Of a DNA stretch of 64,000 nucleotides, positions 53,061-64,000 are shown one piece after another (the stretch's first letter is position 1; each line of letters starts with the position of its first letter). The position numbers and the translations under genes were made by a program. The notes under the pieces were generated by a model that did not search any database, had not been told where the DNA came from, and saw only the letters and a program-made list of their open reading frames with translations. Origin of the DNA: Octopus vulgaris (taxonomy: Eukaryota). The stretch covers positions 156,054,001-156,118,000 of the forward strand of contig OX597816.1 of assembly GCA_951406725.2 (NCBI GenBank). Reading direction: 5' to 3'.

Positions 53061-54884
53061 AGCAATACTTATGGAGAAAATTCCAACTATCGCTGGTTTT
53101 CATATTTTATTTCCTGAATCCCAACCGCAGTGTTTCAATTATAACGCCTGTACATTTATGGGAAGATTGAGTTAAACCTATATTCAGAAAAATTGTTTCA
53201 TTAAAAGTATACTATTGAATATTCATCGAAAATAAGATTCTATAAAGAATAAATCTTTCTCCATTTACAAGGTATTTTGTATATGAAATAGGATGGATAA
53301 AAATATTACTGGTTTTCCCACTTGAATATATGAAAATAGTTTGTATTCTTGAAGATGATAATCAAAATACGAAACGTTTACGAGATGATTCTTTAGCCAA
53401 TTAATCGAATAACGGTTACATAAAAATCAATCGTATTTCGATATTGTTTAAGAATACTACTTATAAAATGCCATGGCGCCATAATTTGTGAGTTATAAGA
53501 AGAATTAGAATAATGCAACGCAGATTTGCAAATTCTGAAGCTTCGATATCTAATCAAACAAACTCACTCATTTGAAGCAGGGGAATGGAGCAAATTACTG
53601 CTGTATAAGATAGATTTCCCTGTAGTATTTCTTCTGATACTATGCGCTCTAAGTTCAAACAGACAAGAAGCGATAAAGACACTATTTGACGTAATCAATA
53701 CTACCTCATTTAAGAACTCAAGCGTTCACTAAACTGTAAAATCAGTTATGCTACTATCAGTACCAGTCAAAGGCTGAGGCCACGCTGGGGCACCTCCACT
53801 AACATCTACCAACCGGCATTATATAATAACATGAAGATGAAAATTCCATCCCAGGAATACAGGTTGTGATCTTAAGAGACATGTGATTAGGAGAAACGCG
53901 CGTAGCAATGCGTTTTATTGTTTATACATTCCACCCAAGGATTACTGTTATTATTACTATGCATATACACACACTTAATACCTTAATGTTTCTTTTTTAA
54001 GCTGGGTAACGTTAATCTCAGTTTCATTTTAAACAAAAGAATTGTGTACAGTAAATATTATAGTTCTACAAGATGAGAGGTAACACATTGACATCGAATT
54101 TTCCTAGCTTTAGTGAAAGCATCTGATGAAAGCTCGAAGGGCCGAAACATTGAAGTCACCTGCACACTTCTTCACGTAAAAGTATAATATAGATACATAT
54201 ACCCACCTACATATATTTTGTTTATGTATGTATGTATCCTTGTATGTAAGTATGTATGAATGTATGTATATATGTATGCATTTATGTATGCATGTATGTA
54301 TGTATGCATTTATGTATGTATGCATTTATGTATGTATGTATGTATGTATGTATGTATGTATGTATGTATGTATGTATGTATGTATGTGTGGGTGCCTTGT
54401 GACTTTGTGCAGAAAGAAACACGAGGTTTTATTTTAATGGGCAAATCTTTTACGTCATAGTGATTTGATTTAGCAAATATTTCAATAAAAGTTTCCATAA
54501 TTTTCTGTCGCTTGTTGATCGGTAGGTACGTGGTTCATAGAATCTAGCAGTCAAAGTAAAAGTAATTTAATGATCACTCATTTCACGAGAGTCATTAGAG
54601 CGACTGATATACTTTGGTCTATTAACGACGAATATCAAAAGCACATTTGTCAAATATACGCTGATTTAATTAACTTCTCTCTTATTCAATTACAGTTAGT
54701 CCGCGCAAATAATCAGTTTGCAATAATGACAATGCGCGATAGAATTAAGAGTGTGTTCGGAAATAAAAATAATACTAATCACAAAGACTAACAGTAATGT
54801 CTTTTATAGTAGTTGCCTGGGCAGTAAATGAGTGATATTATAAACCTCTAACATAGAGGAGATGTCTACACTGATTTCATGACA

Positions 54885-55242
54885 AACAAGAGCACTCAGA
54901 GAACGCAAACCTCCGCTATGGCAAAACCAACGTTCTCTCAACGATTAGCCAGAGATGATCTTTTAAATGAAAATATCTTAAATAAATTCTACTGCTCTCA
55001 CAAACGAGAATATTACAAATGAACCCGACCGCTCTCAAAAATTAAGAAAAAACTGAATCCAGAATCTTTGTCCGGTACCGGATCAATCCCAAAATCTAAC
55101 CGGCTCGTGCCAGTTACGAGCTCAGACATCCCTGAAAGTTTCATCCGAATTCATTCAGTGGTTCTTGAGATATCTTGTCCAGGGATAAGCAAACAAACAC
55201 GAGTGAAGCAATACCCACACCCCTTCGCTAAGGTGGAGGTAA
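54885..55242 (+). mobile_element. Non-autonomous Helentron/Helitron2-like element
   Basis: Starts aacaagagcactcag; asymmetric subterminal IR acctccgc (54909) / gtggaggt (55232); 3' hairpin cctt-cgct-aagg. Confidence 0.55.
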
Positions 55243-55510
55243 TAATAGTGGAATGAAAAGAGCACAGAAGTGGATGTGCACACACTCCAATAGTCAAAGA
55301 GAGAGAGAGAGAGAGGGTGTTAGTGAAAGTGAGAAAGAATGTGTGTGTGAAAAAAAGATAAACAGAGTGGTTCTCCATATGCGGTCGCTGCTCATATGTA
55401 TATCAATATATTTCCTGTCAAAATCTGATTTTTTACCATTTTTAAAATCCTCATGCCGATCTCCTTACAAAAAGCATATATATAGTACAAGTTCGAACTA
55501 TTTATTTGGA

Positions 55511-55577
<67 letters not shown>

Positions 55578-55967
55578 CTCTCTTTACTCTTTTACTTGTT
55601 TCAGTCATTTGACTGCGGCCATGCTGGAACACCGCCTTTAGTCGAGCAACTCGACCCCGGGACTTATTCTTTTTGTAGGCCCAGTACTTATTCTATCGGT
55701 CTCTTTTTGCCGAACCGCTAAGTGACGGGGACGTAAACACACCAGCATCGGTTGTCAAGCCAATGCTAGGGGAACAAACACAGACACACAAACACACACA
55801 CATACATATATTTATATACATATGTACGACAGGCTTCTTTCAGTTTCCGTCTACCAAATCCACTCACAAGGCATTGGTCGGCCCGGGGCTATAGCAGAAG
55901 ACACTTGCCCAAGATGCCACGCAGTGGGACTGAACCCTCAACCATGTGGTTGGTTAGCAAGCTACTT

Positions 55968-57944
55968 TATTTCAAAACATTTGCCATAAAGGCAGTACAC
56001 AGATTAAGTTAGCTTTGCGGGCTGGACGAGGACATTAATGAGGTGAATGATAATGAAAGAAAGATGATAAGGATGGGAGAAGACAGAAAGCGCCCGCCGA
56101 CTTTTGCTTCTCTAAAACATTGTTCTTTTTAAAAAAGATTAACACAAAACGAGGTATTAAACCTCTTACAATTTTTCCAATTTTGGGCTTAGCAGTCCAT
56201 TATTAATACAAAACGAGGTATTAATCCTCTTACAATTTTTCAATTTTTGGACTTAAGTCCATTACTAATAATACATATTGTCCTCGAAATAGCTTGTGCC
56301 CGCGCCCTCCACCATCAACCACGCCTCCCTCAGAACGTAGTCAAGTTCCGAGTTCGCATCGCCCGGGACCAAGTTATAGTCTTCATTGAGCTCCTTTAGC
56401 CCTAGCGTCACGTCGAACGCCACGGCCTCCACAGCTACCTGCGGAGGCCATTCGGGGTCCTGTGTGAAGGCTAAAGGTGCTCCCTTGTAGTGCTCTTCCA
56501 TCACTTTTTCAATTTCTCCTCCTCTATAGAAGAGGACCAATACATTCAGTTCTTTCGTTGGCGGCACAGTTTCCGCCAACGGTATTCCTTCTCTTGTCGG
56601 TGGCACAACCCCAACCGACGTAGTTCCGCGACATTCCGGTGCCACACTGACAGCCGGCAACGTCCCGTTTTTCTTCCTCTTTTTCTTTTTTTTCCCTTTT
56701 CAACTGAGGGAGGGTGCGTCTCCTCCGTGGCTGGAAGATTCGCCCTCCTCTCCTCATCCCTATTATCCTTTGGTGAGCACCCATTGTTGCTCACCTTCCT
56801 CTTTCGGCCTCTGCTTGAGGAGTCCTCTGCTTTCTCGGCCGTTATCGTTCCCTCTTCTAGAGGGGTTTTACTTAACTGTTCCGGGATCCTATTTTGTTCC
56901 CGAGGACAGTTCTTCTTTATGTGGCCGGACTCCAAGCACCGATGACACTTAGGGGGCGACCCTCAAGCATCACCGGGTACCTGCACCCGGCCATTTTCAA
57001 AAAATCTGGAAAAACCAGATTGGCTGATTGGGTCCACAGGGTCAAAACTGCTTTCGAGCCAACCCAAGCAGCCGCAGGAAGAACTTTTACATTGAGGAGC
57101 TTAGTTTCGCTGTCACCCAGACCCCGGCGGATAGTCTCCTCTATCCACTCGGGTTCTATGTCGGGTGGCAGTCCGCAGATCCAAGCTTTCATTAATTTCT
57201 TTTTTTGTAAGTGGGCAGGAATAAGATTTCCTTACCCTCCAAGGGTTCGCTAGCAAATTTGCAAGCCTCTTCAGGGGTGTCAAACAGCAACCACACCGTT
57301 CCATATTTGACACCCCTGGAAATGAATTTAATTGTTGGCAAATACTCCTCCAACTCCTCCTCAATTGCCGTCTTTTCGAATAGGGCGATGGTGTCAAGTG
57401 CCTTGGAGTAGGTTCTCAACACCACCGTCCTATCTTCACGGTCCTTCAACCACTTTTTGGGTGGTATGATTTCCCACTCCAAAACTTTGTTATTTTTCAT
57501 TGCCATGTTTTTTAAAAAATATATTCAAATTAGGCTCAAAAGCAGGAAGAAAAAAGTTCAAAAGTCTAAATAAATTTGATAGATTTTTGAAAAAACAAAA
57601 AGGAGAAAGCACAACAGAAGGGAAGAAATTAACGGAAAGTCGCAATAAAGAAAAAACAAAAGGGGGGGGTAAATGAAGTTCAAAAGAAAGTTAATAAACA
57701 GAAAAAACACAGCAAAAATATTCTGCGGTACTCCCGGCCTGGGTTGAACCTGGAACACCGCAACTGCAACACAACCTCCACAAAAAGGTCCGAAAGGTAA
57801 TCCAATAGTGGCTTATTTTTATACTTTTCTTGCGAAGTACTCTGACAAGGGAATAAATTCAACAAATCCAAACACAGCACTGGCTACCGCCAACGGTGAT
57901 TTTAACAGTAACTGTATTGAATTCTGAGGATACGCCCCTCCACT

Positions 57945-57975
<31 letters not shown>

Positions 57976-58196
57976 TTTTCAATGAACACAAAAACGGCAG
58001 CCGCCTAGCGCAGGCGAAATTGTCTCAGAGTTGGACACAACCTACTGAAATAATAATTGGCACGCAATAAATTATGCCCAACTCACAATAAACAAAATCA
58101 CTTACCTCGACAACTTTCCGTTTTTGGTCTTTGTTCTTTAGTTGGACTCACGTCCACTCTAGCTCAACAAGAAGCAACCGACTAACTGCGCATGTC
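55968..58196 (-). mobile_element. ORF1-only L1/Tx1-like non-autonomous retrotransposon with 17-bp TSD
   Basis: TSD tggttagcaagctactt at 55951-55967 and 58197-58213; about 690-bp 5' UTR; ORF1; about 300-bp 3' UTR ending at an AATAAA; no RT. Confidence 0.8.
56265..57506 (-). pseudogene. Frameshifted ORF1/gag-like protein (RRM-like region, CX2CX4HX4C knuckle, basic stretch)
   Basis: Pieces 57192-57506, 56917-57192, 56546-56935 and 56265-56660 join across frameshifts: LLFDTPEEA, WICGLPPDI, YPVMLEGRP, CHRCLESGHIKKNC. Confidence 0.75.
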
Positions 58197-58230
58197 TGGT
58201 TAGCAAGCTACTTACCACACAGCCACTCCT

Positions 58231-58267
<37 letters not shown>

Positions 58268-58403
58268 TATGTATGTCAGTATTTGTGTGCGTGTGTGTGT
58301 GAGCGTGTATGTACATTATATATATATATATATATATACGCATGTATATACGTACATCATATACATACATACATACATCCGTACATACATATATATGTAT
58401 ATA

Positions 58404-58575
58404 GTTGAAATTTACAGGAAAACAAAAGATGAAGACAGGTGTATGAACAACAAACAGGTGTATTAGTTTAACACTTGGAAAAGTGAGAAAGACCTTTACG
58501 TTTCGAGCCTACGGTCTTCAACAGAAAGGAATAAGAGAAAATAAATAAAGAAATTTTTAAAAACGTGTGAATTTA
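58404..58575 (-). mobile_element. Family H3 copy with variant hammerhead motif (58493-58529)
   Basis: Minus strand reads ccttt-CTGTTGA-agaccgtaggctc-GAAAC-GTA-aagg. Confidence 0.6.
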
Positions 58576-58874
58576 GCGATGAAGCATGGCGACTGGCTGG
58601 GGGAAAAGAGTTCGAGAGGAGAGGTAGAAAGAAGGGGAGACAATAAAGTATTAGTAATCCCAAAACGAAAGTGCGCATGCGTTATGCGTATGTGAGAGTG
58701 TGTGTGTGTGTGGGTAGGGGTGTGGGGTGGTAATGTATGTGCAAGATAGAGGTGTGAGGGTAGGGCTGGGACATGTGGGGTATAAATATATGTATTTATA
58801 TACATGTGTGTGTGTGTAAATATACATATATATATACACACATATGCATATATGTATATATATATAAATATACG

Positions 58875-59248
58875 AAGGCGCAATGGCCCCAGTGTTTTGG
58901 ACAGCGGAGTCGCGTTCGTAGGATCGATGTTTCGAATCCCAGACCGGGCGTTGTGAGTGTTTATTGAGGAAAAACTTTTTCGAGGCTTCGGCAGTGAGCG
59001 GAGGCGATCCCTGCTGTACTCTTTCACCACAACTTTCTCTTTCTTTTTCTTTTTGCTTCCGTTGTACCTGTATTTGAAAGGGCCAGCCATGTCACACCCT
59101 GTGTCACGCAGAATCTCCCCGAGAACTACGTTAAGGGTACGCTTGTCTGTGGTGTGCTCAGCTACTCGCACCTTAATTTCACGAGCAGGCTGTTCTGTTT
59201 AGGGGATCAACTTGTACCCTCGTCGTCGTAACCGATGGAGTGTCACGA
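58875..59248 (+). mobile_element. tRNA-derived SINE family C
   Basis: Collinear with 15128-15470; head aaggcgcaatggccccagtg...gtttcgaatccc. Confidence 0.8.
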
Positions 59249-59672
59249 TATATATGTATATAATGTGTATATCTATCTCAATATATTTGTGTGTGTGTGC
59301 GTATATTGATAAAAGGAGAGAGAGAGAGAGAAAGAGAGGGAGAGAGAGAGGAAGAGAAAGAGTGAGAGAGAGAAAGACTATTGATAAACATGCTATTGAA
59401 AGTGCTGTTATGAAATGCAATGTTGAAATAAGAGGAATTTAAAGTAAGATTATTGTGGCTCAATTCTTTCTCTTCTGATACCTTTATAAAGAGTTCTTTC
59501 ATGAGAAATGATATTTCATATTAGCAAGTACCTCAGTTTTTATGAAAATTTTAACTCTGCATAGTCAATAATATTTAATTTAGCTCAAAATTATGAAACG
59601 ATATGGGATTTAACGTGGTTTGAAATCAGAACAGAAAACTACCAGCCAGTATTGTAATATTGCCACAACTAT

Positions 59673-59878
59673 AAGGCGGCGAGTTTGGCGCTACGTTAAC
59701 TCGCCAGGCGAAACGCTTAGCGGTATTTCGTCTGTCTTTACGTTCTGAGTTCATATTCCGCAGAGGTCGACTTTGTCTTTCATCCTTTCGGGGTCGATAA
59801 ATTAAGTACTGGGTCGATCTAATCGACTGGCTCCCATCCCCAAAATTTCGGGCCTTGTGCGTGGAGTAGAAAAGAATA
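59673..59878 (+). mobile_element. SINE family B
   Basis: aaggcggcgag...gagttcatattccgcagaggtcgactttgtctttcatcctttcggggtcgataaattaagtac...ccttgtgcgtggagtagaaaag. Confidence 0.85.
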
Positions 59879-60746
59879 TTTCCACAACTAACCCAATCTT
59901 TCTAATCTTCGTATAAATCCTTGTTTCCAGGCTAGGCATATTGCTTGATAGTATACTTCATCGAACCCTTAAAAAGATAAAAAGCAATGTTCCACTTCAG
60001 CAGAATTTGAACATATAATATAAAGAGTCTGAAGGAATACAAGAATATATTTTTTCAACACTTTAACAATATTGTCCCTCTGCCGCTCTTAGCCTTCACT
60101 GTAAATATGAATAATTTCTGATCTAGGTATATGCAATTTACAGAGCAGCGGCTTGTCGACACTGTCACCCCCCCCCACCAGTAATTGAGTGGTACTTTTT
60201 TATTATCGACTTCGGGAAAAGGACAGAAAAATCAGACCGTGAAGAGCCGCAAAATATACTTCAGAACATATTTTCCGATGATTTAACGGCTCTGCCAATT
60301 CATCGTTCTTAAAGTTCCCTATAAATGTAATTTAGATTATTCACGATAAATCATTATTTCTGAGCGAAAAAGATAACAGAAACAACAAAAAACAAAAGAG
60401 AGAGCTGTTGGTATTTCATAACTTTCTGTAGAATAGATGGGACCCATGCTGTTAGGATCATATACAATAGATATTTAGGAAGAATAATACGGGCTCAACT
60501 ATGTATATTCCTGGTGTGTGAGTGAGTGTGTGTATGTGTGTGTGTGTGTGTGCGTGTGTGTGTGTGTGTGAAGACTGATTTTTTCTGATACTGTGACAAC
60601 GCTCAGAAAAGCTTTTCGCATATATTTTTAATGATACACGTTGCCTCCGAGGGCTAACATCAATAAATTGGATACACGTACCCATCTGCATTCATGTGTA
60701 CTCATATTCGCACATCTGTCTGTCTGTCTGTCTGTCTATCTGTCTG

Positions 60747-62347
<1,601 letters not shown>

Positions 62348-63679
62348 ACAAACTTCAAAAACTTACATATCTATACTTAGTGAATTCGAATTCTATTAGA
62401 GTTGATTTCGCATCCTTCCTTCTCTAGATAAAAAGTGTACAGGTATCGAATCGATATTATCAAACTCTACCCCTTTTTCCCCCCATTCCCGTAAGGATAT
62501 GTTGCTATGTTAGAAATCGAAATTAAATACCAGATAATATGAATAAAGCTGTTAAATTGATGGCCACATTATTTCCAGGACGAAACAATTGTTAATATAT
62601 TTTCTCAATGTCAGCGTATACAATATGTCTGTGGGGAAACGTGTTACTGTATTAAGTTTCCATTTAGTATTTAGATTTTGTCTCGATATCTATATAGCAG
62701 GTGCGTTATGATAACAGCTACTCGGCTTTTCATATCTGCAGATTTCCAACATATCCATGTAACGAGTAAATGGAACACTGTATAATCTTTGAAAATCAGC
62801 CATTCTCAGAAAAATAACAAACAAACCCGAAACAGCAAATTTCTTTATAAAATTCTTATTTTTACCCATGCAGAAACGTATATCTGCCTGTCTCTTTCAT
62901 ACAGGTACACATAGACACCCACGCACACACACATATACATATATACACAATATACACATACATATATATGTTTATATATATATATATATATATACATACA
63001 TACATACAAACATATTGATATGCGTTTGTGTCTCTATGTATGCATGGATGGCATACCGTATAGCAATGATTTACATTTACGTAAGATAAGCATAAAATCT
63101 GCTACTTAAATCTGCTATATACAACACAACATAGTAAAAAAATAGAAGAGAAAATACTCGACAAAACAACATGTTATAGATTTTAAGAGATAATTCCACC
63201 CAACGCATTAGTAGGATTGTTATGGAGCTTACTGCTAAAGGAATAAAGAGACAGATGAAATCATAAAATACCGGGATTGGAAAATAAAAAAAATAGCAAT
63301 CGATACTAAAAGTGTTGGTTGAAAGTGTGTGGAAAATCAGAGTAAAAATTTACGAAATACATTTCGCATTGAAAGATGTTATGAAGAGAGTGTCTAGTTA
63401 ACACACAACACTGGTCATACACAAACATAGACCGAGAGACATATGTTAAAGTATGGTTATGTAAGTATATATTTAAATACAAATGGTGTGAGATTTGTGT
63501 GCCTGTCACTAAATAAGTAAATGTATGCAAGTGAGCTTGTGTACTTACGGACTAAGTGAATTGTGTGCAGTAAAGTAGGAGCGCAAAAAATATAAAAGAC
63601 ACCACCTAAAAGTAAGTAGATGTTTTTGTTGACTAGAAACTTTTATGACTAATATATCATATGGCTTACATGCCTGCAC

Positions 63680-63684
63680 ATATA

Positions 63685-63722
<38 letters not shown>

Positions 63723-63731
63723 TGTGTGCAT

Positions 63732-63789
<58 letters not shown>

Positions 63790-63868
63790 CATATATGTAT
63801 AGATATATATATATACATATACATATGTATATATATGTATATGTATATATATATACATATATATACAT

Positions 63869-63939
<71 letters not shown>

Positions 63940-64000
63940 TGTATGTATGTATATGTATATATATGTATATATATACATATACATATATATACATATGTAT
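63680..64000. repeat. (TA)n/(TACA)n microsatellite, representative of dozens of such arrays across the window
   Basis: Directly visible. Confidence 0.95.

Larger units (their letters stand above)
55577..58235 (-). mobile_element. Full SINE family A copy interrupted by a 2.2-kb insertion (SINE parts 55577-55967 and 58197-58235)
   Basis: The SINE sequence resumes exactly after the duplicated tggttagcaagctactt. Confidence 0.9.

Noticed and set aside
56144-56270. Repeat-spacer pattern as a CRISPR-like array
   Set aside because: It is a simple 64-bp tandem duplication in a eukaryotic retroelement UTR with no unique spacers.

Overview
AT-rich, microsatellite-saturated eukaryotic DNA with no supportable host protein-coding gene. 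The repeat families suggest an octopod cephalopod intergenic or intronic region (inference from recognised repeat style, no search run). Almost all ORFs in the supplied track are microsatellite artefacts. The real content is: three tRNA-headed SINE families; LINEs (RTE x2, CR1-like, several R4/Dong-like including a young copy with a 5' inversion); an ORF1-only L1/Tx1-like element with a 17-bp TSD inside a SINE head; a solo LTR; a Tc1/mariner MITE; a Helentron-like element; and a Penelope RT remnant. The most notable signal is a set of at least three non-coding repeat families carrying minimal type-I hammerhead ribozyme motifs (stem I-CUGANGA-stem II-GAAAC..GUH-stem I'). They sit in or next to (TA)n/(TAA)n arrays, and several copies form head-to-head foldbacks. 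One family forms a 562-bp tandem unit (retrozyme-like) and another is fused to a tRNA/Pol III head (a hammerhead SINE). Together they look like a Penelope-mobilised ribozyme retroelement system. Ribozyme activity is inferred from sequence only.
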